A stretch of DNA of 63,286 bases, filler included, from Bonamia ostreae (GCA_040357525.1; 53 parts of 53 records of this genome joined end to end with filler, not necessarily neighbours in it), one strand, 5' to 3'; numbered from the whole stretch's first letter, positions 13,020-26,055 are shown. The notes: a model not told the origin generated them from the letters alone. Numbers and translations: made by a program.

Positions 13020-14415
13020 GAATGAATTTAAATTGATTGTCCAATTGGGATAATGGAATAATGGCTCAGTTGAGTGATGTGGCCCATTGTATAAATAGGG
13101 ACAATCTTTAAACATNNNNNNNNNNNNNNNNNNNNNNNNNNNNNNNNNNNNNNNNNNNNTTAATTAATTAANNNNNNNNNNNNNNNNNNNNNNNNNNNNN
13201 NNNNNNNNNNNNNNNTTCATTACTCGACCATATGCTATTGATTACAGTAACAATAACAAGTAAGTTACCTACATTGTCCAGTCTATTTCTATGGATTTTG
13301 ACATCAGGCTTATTGCAAACAAAATTTAATTTGCTATACCTTTAGTTGAAATTGTTTTAAACAAATGATTCCAACTGTAGTATAAAATGAATTTGTTGTA
13401 TGCATACACTGAAGTAGTTTTCGGAAGTGATGTTAGAACATCTTGGCATTTTGAAGCAGTGGCCAAACACTGGAAATTACCTGTGGCGATTTATGTTGTT
13501 TGAGCACAGGTTTTCGTTCATCGTTCACCAACCGCTCATGTTCATTCGTTAACTGACAGTGCGTTCAGCGTGCGTTAACCGTTCAGTCTTTGTCTTTGCA
13601 TTGCCATCCGGTAATCCAACGTGAAAGGATTGATTATTATAAAGAGGATAGGGTTTGACAATGTGTTTTTTTGTTGATATCATATATGCAAATTTGATTG
13701 GTTGCGCCCTCCTTACTTTTTAGGAAGTAATAAAATGGTAGTGGAATAGCATTATTTCTACTGAATTCACCCCAACTCCCAGTAGCATCTATGCATATAT
13801 TATCAACCTTTCATGAGAACGATAAATGCAACACTTTTACTATGTTGTTTTTAGATTGAATAAATTCGGAACTGAAGAACAAGTATTTTTCTAATTTAAT
13901 TTCGATTTATAACAACCGAGGAATTTTTTCGAAAGTTTGGACCCAAAATTCAATCTACATATTCTTGAGCAATTCATTGAAATAAACTTCCTTCTAAAAC
14001 ATTATAGGATTTGAATGATATTACCTATTAACTTAAATTGTATATACATGTATAAATGGTATACATGTAAAATGTCAACAGGTAATTGCTACATACTACT
14101 TCGCAACATTTGATGCGATCAGTTGTGAATAATCGTTCTTAAAAATACTAAACAACGTCTTGAATTATTCATTGATTATTTTTCTTATTAACTGCTGTTT
14201 GAATTATCGTGTCCTATAAAATACTTTTTGTCATGTAGGAACTATCTAACAGCTTTAGAAGAAACAAATACATATTCAATTTGCATGTACCGGTATATAT
14301 ATATATATATATATGNNNNNNNNNNNNNNNNNNNNNNNNNNNNNNNNNNNNNNNNNNNNTTAATTAATTAANNNNNNNNNNNNNNNNNNNNNNNNNNNNN
14401 NNNNNNNNNNNNNNN

Positions 14416-14540
14416 CTTTCATTAGTACCATATCCCATTTGTGGTGTGTCCAGGGATCCGTGTTTGTCTTACTCTTAATTTTATATAATTTATAGGAGCT
14501 AAGCGAATGACCATTGTTCATTATCTTTACCTGTTCAATT
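14416..14540 (+). repeat. Dispersed host SINE-like repeat family (oyster-type)
   Basis: CCAGGGATCCGTGTTTG...TTATAGGAG...TTATCTTTACC. Related pieces recur in independent contigs at about 7212-7255, 7575-7630, 33871-33950 (-), 53464-53520 (-), 53690-53767 and 59819-59855. The oyster assignment is from recall. Confidence 0.6.
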
Positions 14541-15615
14541 CTATGATTGTGTTACCATTAACTGTTGCATATAAAATATTCCTTATGAGCATACGTTAAT
14601 CTCAGTTGAGCGGAAGACAGATGTGATATATATTGATCTGATAATTAATGTGTATCTTCTGTCACGCAATCATTACCGCTTCTTCTTTAAATCTAACTTG
14701 TTTAGCAGTATTCTTGAATCCAAGTTTATTCAAACAAAGGATCACCCCTTTGCAGGGATATCATGTTTAGAAAGAGAGAAAACAGAAATGTGAGTGCAAG
14801 ATAAGAAACATGAGTTTCCTCATGATACACTGATCATGAAAACCAAAACGTACCTGAACGTTTTATTCCACGATTGTCATAATTGGAATTTATTCATTCA
14901 ATAACCCTAGGGTGGAAACATTTAAAATTCATATCTGAAACCACAACGGAACAGTTGTTTTTTTTTTAATTCGTACGCAAGCATCGTTCTATGAGGTGAT
15001 GTAATTTTAACTGCAAAGGCAAATCCACATTACGATATGTAAAATCTTTAGTTCCGAATGCATTGAATTTTCTCTGAATTAAAAGTTCACATAAAGAACT
15101 TTATATACTGGCAGTTACACAACTAACATTGTGAATAATTAAATGAACATACGGTAAAAACCTTGTTACAGTGAATATTTACTAACAATATTTAGTTCAA
15201 ACTAAATCAGATTCCAAATTCACCATTTTCAGAGTTTTTGACTGTGAATTTGACACAAAATCTTCAACTTCGAAACACAAGTGTAGTGTTTTGAATGTTT
15301 GTACAATTCCTCGCGTTCATTTTAGCAAACTTGCGCTCGCAAATCCCCCTTTCCAAAAAGAGCATTGTAAACTATGTGCATTATGGTGGAAAACAAACAT
15401 GACTATGACAGTGAGGTCAGGGTGTCCGGAGAGCAAACGTCGCGTATATTACTACAAATTGTTTGTCAATACATAAACAAGCATCGCACACGTAGTTAAA
15501 TCCCTGACTTAACTANNNNNNNNNNNNNNNNNNNNNNNNNNNNNNNNNNNNNNNNNNNNTTAATTAATTAANNNNNNNNNNNNNNNNNNNNNNNNNNNNN
15601 NNNNNNNNNNNNNNN

Positions 15616-16271
15616 TTTTCATCTCTTTGCTCGAATAGAATAGCTACATTAGGCAAATAAATAGTATATCTTAAGCCTTTTTTTGCATATTCATTATTGT
15701 TTAATTCTTTCGTCTGATACTTAATAGGTGTTGAACATACAAGATATTGTAAGATGTTGTTATCATACAAGTAATCTAAAGCATTCGCACTATTGACCTC
15801 GAAAGGATATGGAGAAGCTCTTTCAATATCAGCATTGAAATCCTTGAACTCTGTTACAATAAACGTGTTTGGGTCAGTATGCTGCAATTCGATGAATCTT
15901 GTGTCCATATAATCGTCTAACGATTTATCTCCCCAGAATCGCCCCAAAATATCCTCTATTTCAGATAAATTCTTCTCATCGTTATCCTTGTATTTCAATA
16001 TTCGTGACTTTGAAGAAGATCGAGGAACCTTGTAAGCAACATCCATTAGATTGCTACACACCGATGTTATGATGTGTTCAGTAATATTAACTCTTTGTTC
16101 AAATTCTTCGTCAGTCTCTCTACGAACGAATTTTTTAAGCATGTCGTTCATACCATCACCAGTAATTAGCGTTCTGTATAGCTTAGCTAAATCGACTGTG
16201 TGATTATAATTAGCGTGTCTTGCACCATTAATTACTCTTATAAGCAACTTTATAGCCTGTTCTCTGTCCAT
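15616..16271 (-). CDS. Probable phage portal protein, N-terminal part
   Basis: Starts 43 nt after the terminase stop on the same strand; KFVRRETDEEFEQRV is typical of portal N-termini; no introns. Confidence 0.7.
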
Positions 16272-16313
16272 ATGTTTATATTTTAATTTAATGCAAATAT
16301 AATGTTTAATTTA

Positions 16314-16715
16314 CTAACCATTTGATCTTATATATCTAGTGTATAAATTCTTTAATACCTTAATTATCAGATAGTCCGAAGCGTCAGACGTGTGTCCTCG
16401 CTCCTGGTAACTTTCACCTGTTGATGGATCTTTTACAACCTTTTTCTCCTTTTTCCCGTTGATATCTTCTTTAATATATTCGTAATCACCTATCAAGTTT
16501 TTACACTGGGGGTCGATCTCAATGGACCATCCATCTATTTTACCCTCAAATAGTTTATTTATAAAGTTCTTACGTGAGATTATCCCTGGATTACTCCTTT
16601 CTACCCTATTTGATCCATTTGATAGGTAAGGTCGCAATACTCTACGAATGATGTCATAGTACTTCTCCTTTGATTCCGTTGTCCTGGCTTTTGCAGTAGC
16701 ATCACCATAGTAAAA
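16314..16715 (-). CDS. terL: Phage terminase large subunit, C-terminal nuclease domain
   Basis: The frame is open to the contig edge: FYYGDATAKAR...SNPGIISRKNFINKLF...IDPQCKNLIGDY...GHTSDASDY, the RNase H-like TerL motifs. Confidence 0.85.
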   Translation of the reverse strand, partial: FYYGDATAKARTTESKEKYYDIIRRVLRPYLSNGSNRVERSNPGIISRKNFINKLFEGKIDGWSIEIDPQCKNLIGDYEYIKEDINGKKEKKVVKDPSTGESYQERGHTSDASDYLIIKVLKNLYTRYIRSNG

Positions 16716-17081
16716 NNNNNNNNNNNNNNNNNNNNNNNNNNNNNNNNNNNNNNNNNNNNTTAATTAATTAANNNNNNNNNNNNNNNNNNNNNNNNNNNNN
16801 NNNNNNNNNNNNNNNATGCAGATAATAGGACAGTGGTAAGCTGTCCAAACATAACTGTTAACTCCAGCCAAGTGCGGGATGTTTTTGTGACATCGTGTTT
16901 CCTCAATCAAGTTTTCGTCCATGGTGATGCAAGTCGTGTGCAAGTGCATGCTTTAATGGATGGTGCACTGTGTGGTAAGTGATTATACTTTTAGAATCTT
17001 ATAGATTTTTAATGTTGGATCCACCAGTTTTAGATCTTTGAATTTATATACATCGGGTTCGTCATGTATAAATTTGTATAA

Positions 17082-17335
17082 AGATTAGTTCTATGTACAT
17101 TTAATTTTTCTGAATTCAAGTTATTTGTAAACTACCTCATTTCGAGTAAGAGGATACATTTTGTTGCTTACTTTCAAAATGATATTGGAAGTTTATGGCT
17201 TACACAAAAGGGCATTACTTGTGTAGAGATTAGTGTCATGTACATTTTAATTTTTCAGAATTCAAGTTATTTATAAACTACAGCTTTTGAGTAAGAGGAT
17301 ACATTTTGCTACTTATTTGTAAAATGATATTGGAA
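17082..17335. repeat. Two-copy direct repeat (period 145 bp) in a host intron
   Basis: AGATTAGT...GAATTCAAGTTATTT...GAGTAAGAGGATACATTTTG...AAAATGATATTGGAA starts at 17082 and 17227. Confidence 0.85.
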
Positions 17336-18195
17336 ATATTTCAATGTTTGTAACTCTTTTTTAAAACAAGTATGTTGTAATATATATATTTATTAGTTCT
17401 GTTTATAAATGCTTGGATTTAGAAAAGTAAATGTAAAGATTTACTGTTGTTGTTTGTATATCAATAAATTAAAAATTTTATCCAGACTTTTTTTTCTTTT
17501 CTTTCAATATCTTTGATAAGTTTAAAGATGACAAATGACATTCAATGTTTTGGTTGACCCAAAAAATAACTTAATTAGGAACTTTAATCAATGATAATCA
17601 ATGTAATTGAATTTTTAAAAGTGTTGACAATTCTGATAGTTGAACACAACTGAATTGGTGAACATTAAAACTAGAATACAAGTTCTGATTTAAAAAAAAA
17701 AATCTTTGAATAACAATGACTTGTGTTGTACCAACATGATTTGTGATGCTAGCTTAGTTTTGCAGGATAGATATGGCAGAGGGTAGCCTATTGAAGGAAA
17801 TTCTTGACTCCTTGCAAGATGTCGACAGCATCAATTTATTCGCTGAAGCCAATGGTCTGATGGGAGACGCTGAGGTCGAAAACCGATTAAAGGAAGTCCA
17901 CTTTAATAAGTTATNNNNNNNNNNNNNNNNNNNNNNNNNNNNNNNNNNNNNNNNNNNNTTAATTAATTAANNNNNNNNNNNNNNNNNNNNNNNNNNNNNN
18001 NNNNNNNNNNNNNNACTTACATTTCTAACTCTTTACAATGTTCGCATTTCCAATATTCCTGACATTCATCTTAAAATAGACTTAAAAACAAACTCAAATA
18101 ATAAGATATTAAAAGATGACAATGCTGTTTTCAATTCAAATGTAGGGTTTCTAAGTGACTATGTCAAAAAGCACCAAATTATGATTTTAGTGCAG

Positions 18196-18981
18196 GTGTA
18201 ATTTTCAAGACCCATTTTTGCTCTTCCATCGACAGAGACCTATCCAATTGTGGGATTTGCTCGACCAAGTTGGCGCTACCCGTCTCATAGAAGAAATCAA
18301 ACGAACGCATGAAGGTAAAAACTAAGTTTCTTTTTAGACATTTTTAGACATTTATAAGTTCCTCAAGTATTGGTGTGAGGATTTAACACCACTATTCACA
18401 GAGTCTTCCAAACATTTATCAATAATAAAATCTACCTTGTCCTTGATACTTTCATATAAAAAAGGGATATAATTAAGGGTACCATTTTAAGAATTGAAGA
18501 ATTGAGTAGGTTGGTATTTTTTTATTGTTTCACTGAAAACAACATTTGAAATAAATTTATTTGTTATGGTAAATGTTTGTTGAAATACATGCTGAAAATA
18601 CTAGCTTCTATTTTCAAGAATACACACGTGATATGCAATGCAAATCAACTGATGAATTGTTAAATTTGTACCGACATGTTTTCTATCATAATTATCTTAT
18701 TTTAAAAAAACCCAGATGACCTTTCCCCATTGTGTTATCGAGGTTTTGTGTTTTAATTGATGCTATATTGTTGACATTTTCTGAGAAATATTTCTAGTAA
18801 TAATTATATATTTTGTGCAAAAGGTTTAGGTATTCCTCCACTACTGACGAGGTACATATAAATTCGAAAAGACAAAAAATAGCCTGCATCCTTAACACTA
18901 TCTTTATTTACAGAAATTTCAGACGAACTTCAAATGATTGACAGGATATTGGTGAATAAATCATGGAAGAGTCTTAATACG
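18196..18981 (+). CDS. Two candidate exons of an unknown host gene
   Basis: AG/GT-bounded, phase-compatible exons CNFQDPFLLFHRQRPIQLWDLLDQVGATRLIEEIKRTHE and EISDELQMIDRILVNKSWKSLNT. Confidence 0.4.
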
Positions 18982-19281
18982 GTACTGTTCTGAACTTTTT
19001 TTCATGTACAGAGTAATATAAACTCTTCGACTCTCAAACGAGCAATCCCCCCCCTCACTATGCCGCTCACAAGTTTTTGTTGAGCAGATCAACTCGATAC
19101 ACAATATATTTGGNNNNNNNNNNNNNNNNNNNNNNNNNNNNNNNNNNNNNNNNNNNNTTAATTAATTAANNNNNNNNNNNNNNNNNNNNNNNNNNNNNNN
19201 NNNNNNNNNNNNNTTTTATCCTTTTCTTCACTGTTATTCGAAAAGCTTCGCCATTAATTTTATCCTTTTCTTCACATTAAA

Positions 19282-20312
19282 GGAAGGCTTTTTCGAGCTT
19301 AAGGAAGAAAAAACTGAATTTCCAGTGTCTCCGTTTGAAACTACTTTCGACTCGAACCCGATTGTAGTGTGCCCCGTTTGTCTGGAGGATTTACAGAACG
19401 AGTCCAAATGTGTTCTCACTCTGTTGTGCGGCCATAAGATGCACGTGGGCTGTCTCAGTTCTTCGTCTGTCTGTTGTCCGATCTGCCGCTTTGAAATAAG
19501 TTCTGCGAAGCATTTCTCGAAATGCGATTTTTGCGGCGCTCAGGGACAGCTTTGGTTTTGTCTCGTTTGCGGAAGCACCAACTGCGAAAGGTTCTGACTA
19601 AAACTTAAAATTTGCAGAGACGGGCATTCTCTGCGGCATTTCGAAGAAACGGGGCACGTGTACTCTCAAGATCTCGACACCAAAGAGGTTTGGGACTATG
19701 GCGAAAAGCAATTCGCGTCCCGACTTATCTTCTCAGATTGCGGGAACAAGATCGTTCATTACTCGAGAACGCGAAAGCAATCCGATCAGAGAGCACTCGA
19801 AGAAAAGTTCGACGACAAAGTTTTGAGAAACGCGGTCAAGTTCGACAAGCTAATTGCGGAACACTCTCTTTTGCAGCGAGAACATTACGACAAATTGACC
19901 AACAAAATGCGTTCCGAAGAAGAGCTGAAAAGAAAATCGATAAAAGAAAAACTTGAGAAGCTCGAATCGAAAAAATCGGATTTGCAGGAAGAAAATAAAG
20001 CTTTTAGAGGAAAAATATCAGAAATGGAAAAATCGATCAAATCAATCGAGACGAAAGAAAAAGCTGTTGACAAAAAATTAAAAACACTGGAAAAGGTCAA
20101 CACAGCTTTACTGATAAAACAAGGCAACGTCCGAAAAGAATTTGATGCTTTGGAAAACAAGAAGAAACTTTTTTACAATGATGCTCTGGAGAGGAAGAAA
20201 AACAGAATAAAAGAGCTTAAAGACGAAATTGAAGATCTGAAAAAACATCTGGACATCGAAGAAAAGCTCAAAAAAAGAGACGCTTTGGATGGAGGAAACA
20301 TGATTAGAGTGA
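19282..20312 (+). CDS. BRAP: BRAP2/ETP1-like E3 ligase (RING-H2, ZnF-UBP, coiled coil), partial (protist)
   Basis: CPVCLEDL...TLLCGHKMHVGCL...CPICRF, LWFCLVCG and GHSLRHFEETGHVYSQDLDTKEVWDY. A 27-nt intron at 19591-19617 joins the two ORFs. Confidence 0.9.
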
Positions 20313-20412
20313 NNNNNNNNNNNNNNNNNNNNNNNNNNNNNNNNNNNNNNNNNNNNTTAATTAATTAANNNNNNNNNNNNNNNNNNNNNNNNNNNNNNNN
20401 NNNNNNNNNNNN

Positions 20413-21399
20413 TTCGAAGAATCGTTTTATCGGAGACTGCGAAAACGTATCCGAACTCAAAGACGGCAAAAAATGCCATTTTTGATCGCAGTCAAAGTTT
20501 TCCGGCGAATGCTCGGAACAATAAACAAATCCGTTTTTAGACGATTTCTGCCCGATCAACGGCGTGACGCAATATTGGTCTAAAGCGGTTTCCAAATGTC
20601 TTTTCGGCAATTTTGTCTCAAACTCGAACCCACAATAAACGCTATTTTTGAGTGCGCAGAGCGCGTGAAAGACTTTTCCACAATCTTTCTGCGAACAAGA
20701 TATCAGTTTTCCGTCCATTCCTGCGCACTGGAAACATTTTCCCGCTCCGTTTTCGATTTTTTTCTTATTGTTCTTTTCTGACTCGTTTCGCGGAAGAATC
20801 TCTGCCATGAAAAACAGATTGCCGATTTTGACAGATCCGTCCAAAAGAGCGCAAGCAACATGGATCCAATCGCCGTTTTGCGATATTTTGAGTGCGCCAC
20901 CTTTGAAGGAACAGCGCCCACATTGCGCAGAACTTTTTTCGCCCGCGACGCAAACATCGCAGAACCAGTCGTTGGCCTCGTCCGACACTCCATAGCACCG
21001 TTGATGGACCGCGATCTCGCAAAACGGGTTGGAGCAGAACACGAAAAAATCTCTGTCGAAATGAACCGGAGAATAACAGACGGAACAACGAGTTTCCGAG
21101 TTGAGCTTATTTCCGGAATTCGTCAGTTGGTCGAAGACAAAGTTGTTTGCGGTCAAATCGAAGATGTCCAAATTGGACGGGAAAGAATCGCCTTTGAGAA
21201 TCGGACGCGGCATCGATTCGGCGATGACTTTTCTGTCCGAATGCAAAGCGCATCGCAGAATCGGCTCGGCGAACTCGATTTTGGCACTATTGCTCAGATT
21301 GTTTCTGAACGAAATCCAATGGAATTGTTTTGATTCGAGTGCGCAGGACAAATGGAAGAAGCGCGCACATTCGGTTTCGTTGTAATTGCATTTAAGCAA
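20413..21399 (-). CDS. PHD/ePHD (PZP) chromatin-reader protein, BRPF/JADE/AF10-like, partial
   Basis: CSVC...FVFCSNPFCEIAVHQRCYGV...WFCDVC...CGRCSFKGGALK...WIHVACAL...CFQC...ISCSQKDCGKVFHALCA...YCSEHS, preceded by the tail of another ePHD. Confidence 0.88.
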
Positions 21400-21611
21400 A
21401 TTTTTGTGTTTTGAGTTGTTTTCGCAAAGATGGCATTTCTTTGTAACGAAAGGATTTTTTAATTGCTTAATTTTGACAAAATTTTATCAATTTAAAAAAT
21501 AATCGGATTACNNNNNNNNNNNNNNNNNNNNNNNNNNNNNNNNNNNNNNNNNNNNTTAATTAATTAANNNNNNNNNNNNNNNNNNNNNNNNNNNNNNNNN
21601 NNNNNNNNNNN

Positions 21612-21990
21612 GTCCTTTTTGGCGCCATTTTTATTTACCGTTTTTGACTATTTTTGGTTATTTTTAACGCCATTTTTATTTATCGTTTTTGACTATTTTG
21701 GTCATTTTTATTTACCGTTTTTATTTATTGTTTTTGACTATTTTTTGTCCTTTTTGGCGCCATTTTTATTTACCGTTTTTGACTATTTTTGGTTATTTTT
21801 AGCGCCATTTTTATTTATCGTTTTTGACCATTTTTGGTCATTTTTAGAACCATTTTTATTTATCGTTTTTGACTATTTTTGGTTATTTTTAGCACCATTT
21901 TTATTTATCGTTTTTGACTATTTTTGGTCATTTTTACCGCCATTTTTATTTATTGTTTTTGCCATTTTTAAACGTTATTTTTTTTAATGT
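21612..21990. repeat. 45-bp minisatellite, about 8 copies, in the intron upstream of an AMPK gamma exon
   Basis: Unit GCCATTTTTATTTAYCGTTTTTGACTATTTTTGGTYATTTTTARC; it explains the spurious 15-aa repeat ORF. Confidence 0.95.
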
Positions 21991-22050
21991 TTTGACTGTA
22001 TTTTAACTCATTTTTTAACTCAATTTTTTGTCATTGATTGTTAAATTTAG

Positions 22051-22636
22051 AAACATTAAATCCGAAAAAGAAGAAAATAAAATCGATAAAAATCGAAGAC
22101 AGCCTTTTAAAAGGAATTAGAATTTTGCAATTTGAAAAAATTCATAGACTTCCTATTGTTCAAAAAGATTGTGACAGAGTGCTGTGTATTTTGAATTATC
22201 AACGCATTTTTAGATTTGCGATTAGAAGAGTTTTTATTTGCAAATCAAATTTAATTTTCAAATGACAAAAATTTTATAACAAAAAAAATTGACAAAAAAC
22301 AAAAATTTTATTAAAAAAGTGCTTATTGGACGAAACATTTTCGCCTTTAATGCGCGAAATAAATCTTGGCGATCTAGTAATAAGCGGTTTGGGAAACTTC
22401 ACCAATTATTCAACCGCAAACATAAACGATCCCATTCTTCAAGTTTTGTCCAAAATTCGCGACAAAAAATTGTATTGTCTTCCTTTAATCAATAACGAAG
22501 GAATTTACATCGACAGTTTTACAAGTAGCGACGTTCGAGTTTTTTTTAATTAGAATTAAAGTTTTTAGCTTTAGACGGGAACCACAGAAAATTGAATATT
22601 AGTACGAAGGCTGCGTTGGGAAATCATCACAACAGA
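22051..22636 (+). CDS. SNF4: CBS-domain AMPK/SNF1 gamma subunit, partial and spliced (protist)
   Basis: DSLLKGIRILQFEKIHRLPIV...LCILNYQRIF, GLGNF...LPLINNEG...FTSSDV and KLNISTKAAL align with the AMPK gamma CBS repeats. Introns 22230-22319 and 22539-22561. Confidence 0.8.
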
Positions 22637-22830
22637 GTTCTCGATATGACTTTTTTAATTAGGAAATGATTTCAATTTTTTTTAATTATTTTAACGAATT
22701 TTTGAATTTNNNNNNNNNNNNNNNNNNNNNNNNNNNNNNNNNNNNNNNNNNNNTTAATTAATTAANNNNNNNNNNNNNNNNNNNNNNNNNNNNNNNNNNN
22801 NNNNNNNNNATAAAAAATTTTGTTTTCCGA

Positions 22831-23801
22831 TTAAAAACCGTTTTCATTTAACAACGAAACAAAAATTTTTCCGTTTTCCAAAACTTCCACAAAAAACCGA
22901 TTTTGTCCCGTTTTGAAACGAAACCCATTTTCATCCAAATTTAACGGCACTGCTCCCAACGCCGACGACAGAATCTGATAAACTTTTCCAAATCGCAATT
23001 CGTTTTCAGCTCTCATTTTCTCTTTCTCTTTTTTCTCTTCGAACTCGTTCACTTTTTTCTGTTTTTCTTTCAATTTGGCCATTCTTTCGTCGTTTTCTTC
23101 GATTTTGCGTTTCAGATCGCGAAAATGTCGTTCTTCGAGCGATTGCAGCGATTTGTCGATGGACAGTCGATTTGAATAAAGAAACGCGTTTTTGTTGTTG
23201 AGAGAAAGAAGGATTTCCTCCAGTTCCGAACATTGTTTGGAGAGAACGAAAGTGCAAATCGAAGAAATTTTGTTTTTGCGATTTATTTTTTCCGATTCCG
23301 TTTTTTGTTCTTCGATTTTCGCCGTTTTTCGGATCAATATCTAATTTTTAAAATTTTGATTTTTGGAATTAAATCGAAAATAAAAACTTCCGCGACGGAA
23401 ACATCTTCGATTTTTTCGACGAACTGTTTAAAATTATTTTCGTTTTTGCCAAAATCGTTTATTTCGTTTTCCAATTTTTCGACAGATTTTTCGGTTTCGT
23501 AAATTTCGGTCTCCAATTTTTGAAGTTCGGTCGACAATTTTAGAGAAAGCGGTTTTTGCAGAATAAAAAATTTTAGTTTTTCGGAAAATGATTTTGGTTT
23601 TGCAAAATCTTGTTTCATCGGAAAAGCCAAATTTTGCATGTTTTTGGCTAAAAATTTTGAATAATATTCAGAATTTGTTTTTCTTTGTTGTTTTTCGATG
23701 TTTTTTTGGGGATTTTCTGTTTTTTTGTTTGGGCTTTTGAGATCTTTTTGGAGATTTTTCGTTTTATCGTTTTGTTTGTTTTGTGATTTGAATTCTGTCA
23801 A
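22831..23801 (-). CDS. Unknown coiled-coil protein, spliced (protist)
   Basis: Two K/E-rich ORFs are joined in frame by a 47-nt GTTTTT...TTAG intron at 23341-23387. Confidence 0.65.
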
Positions 23802-25217
23802 TGTTTTGTAATATGTTGTTTGTTCTTCTTTGGTTTTTGTGGCGAATTAAAATATAAAATAACAAAAAATAAAAAGAAAAAAACAATAAAAAAAGAAATC
23901 AAAACATNNNNNNNNNNNNNNNNNNNNNNNNNNNNNNNNNNNNNNNNNNNNTTAATTAATTAANNNNNNNNNNNNNNNNNNNNNNNNNNNNNNNNNNNNN
24001 NNNNNNNGGTAGAGAGAGGGTTAAAAGCTTTACCAAAGATAGATGTCACAAATATGCAAAATAAATGCTAAATTATTATTCTAAATGCACATATTCCCGG
24101 ACTATCGCAATATGGAACCCAAATATGATTACTACCACTAAAACATCAACAGTATTGCTAGTGCCCTACGGCGCTAGCAATGAATAGTTACTTCATATGA
24201 ATAATATTTTTTTTCTTTTAGATCTTTCATTTCCGAATTTGTACAAAATTCTTCTATACACGTATCTTACCATCCTTCGCGTTGTAAGTTTCGCGCGCTT
24301 TTAACCAATGGGACTCTTCGGAACACCTTTCTCTTCCCGGTAAGAAATTACTTTAGTTGACACACGAAAACAAGATGTTTATTTCTTACACTTCCCAGTC
24401 ACTTTTTTGAATCATAAATATGATTCATACAGAAAATAGATAAGCGAGGTAAAAACCGAATGCTATGGGGGAAACTTCAGCTGATCACCAGGGTAGCATG
24501 TGACCGTACCTGTGAGGGAAAATCTGGAAGGATATGCACAAATATGTTTTTCTGAATTGAAAAGGTTTTATAAACAATTGTCAAGACAATTCTATTTTTT
24601 TTTTAATTGTTTTGTAAGGTTCAGATGGTTTTCTAATTCAAACATATTTTATAGGCCTTAAATGGGATTCCGTAGTTTGTGCACATGAAGTATTTTTTAT
24701 TCATTCATAAACAGAATTTACATGACAATGTATTCAATTTCAATTAATTTATTTCAAACCACAAAATGGAACATGAGGTGTACAATATATCAATATACAT
24801 AGTAATGGAAGCAAACTGATGTGATTATGGAGGACAGACATATTCATATACAAGCATGTTTGCTATCAAATTACATAATTTAGTCAATTCAGTGGAGTTA
24901 GTAGTTGACGACAACGCAGAATATCTGTAAAAATTAGGTTTGTTATCAAACGTTTTAATGCAAATATTCCTTCCTGCATTAACAAAAACTGACATTCTTC
25001 AAGATGTGGTATTCATCGGCTCGCTATTCACCTCAGCAACGCCCAATAAAAGAGGCAATTTACCAGTATTGTTGTTCACGAAAAAGTAACGATAACGAAT
25101 AGTGANNNNNNNNNNNNNNNNNNNNNNNNNNNNNNNNNNNNNNNNNNNNTTAATTAATTAANNNNNNNNNNNNNNNNNNNNNNNNNNNNNNNNNNNNNNN
25201 NNNNNAGAGATTAAATC

Positions 25218-26039
25218 TCATCGACTAAAAATGGCAATTTTCGACTTGCAAAATTGTAAAATTTTGGGTGAAATTATTGCAATTGATAAAATTTGAGTAA
25301 GTACTGCAACAAATTTCGCAAATCTAACAACAATTGAGCAAAAATAAACCCAGTCCTCCTGTTCAGTTTTGGCGTGAAAATAGCGAAATATGGCTCGCAA
25401 CGAAGTTTTGTTTGACAAAATTATCTTCATTCTGATTGCTTGTCGGATATCACTGAGACTTAGTGCTTCCAAAATGTGTCCCCTGTCCATTATCTCAACC
25501 GAATCCAGCAAATTTTTGAGAATCTGCTCACTATTTTTGGGAATCGGTTTGATTAGCATTTCTTTCGAGGGAAGATAGTCAGACTCGAGCGCGCCCCGAA
25601 TACTACGCTTGTTGCGATGGACGACAATTTCTTGGAGAACTTTTTGCAATTTGTTGCGATTGCATCTCCGTTCGTTGTCTTTGACCTGGTATATCGTCTT
25701 GTATGTATTAATCTTCTGCGCCGACGGGCAGTTAGGCCTACACGAGTCTTCTATCGGAGATCGGATTTCGTCATCTTGGAATGGCGAACTTGATTGCCAT
25801 TCGCGTTCCCGGTGCATTCGGGCATGGTTTGGTCGGCGGTTTTCGAATTGCCGCGGAGGAATGCCGTATCCGATTTTCTTGATGCTGTTCATCAGCGCCT
25901 GATTAGCGTTGTTTCCCGCGACTGGCATCTTTGGAAGATGGTGGTTCGGGATTTGCATTCCTCTATGTATGTTTTTCTGCATGTTGTGCAGCGACATATT
26001 GTGCAGCCCTTTTAAGCTGATGCCAGTGTTCGGCATCAA
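25218..26039 (-). CDS. Unknown protein with an M/H/P/N-rich disordered region followed by a helical region (protist, internal exon)
   Basis: 273-aa ORF preceded by an AAG acceptor and an intronic minisatellite; no family recognised. Confidence 0.6.
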   Translation of the reverse strand: MMPNTGISLKGLHNMSLHNMQKNIHRGMQIPNHHLPKMPVAGNNANQALMNSIKKIGYGIPPRQFENRRPNHARMHREREWQSSSPFQDDEIRSPIEDSCRPNCPSAQKINTYKTIYQVKDNERRCNRNKLQKVLQEIVVHRNKRSIRGALESDYLPSKEMLIKPIPKNSEQILKNLLDSVEIMDRGHILEALSLSDIRQAIRMKIILSNKTSLRAIFRYFHAKTEQEDWVYFCSIVVRFAKFVAVLTQILSIAIISPKILQFCKSKIAIFSR

Positions 26040-26055
26040 TCCCTTTTAGTTTTAA

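Noticed and set aside
1648-19617. Stop-codon reassignment or readthrough in VPS45 and BRAP2
   Set aside because: Each in-frame stop lies in an AT-rich GT-AG segment whose removal restores the family alignment, and TAA, TAG and TGA all end genes normally elsewhere.
20596-21385. Multiple overlapping or antisense ORFs over the PHD gene (likewise over VPS45, PIWI, GTF2F2 and VPS13)
   Set aside because: Shadow frames of real coding sequence, with no motifs of their own.
21619-21987. Hydrophobic repeat proteins (also 41950-42186)
   Set aside because: They are translations of 45-bp and 15-bp T-rich minisatellites.
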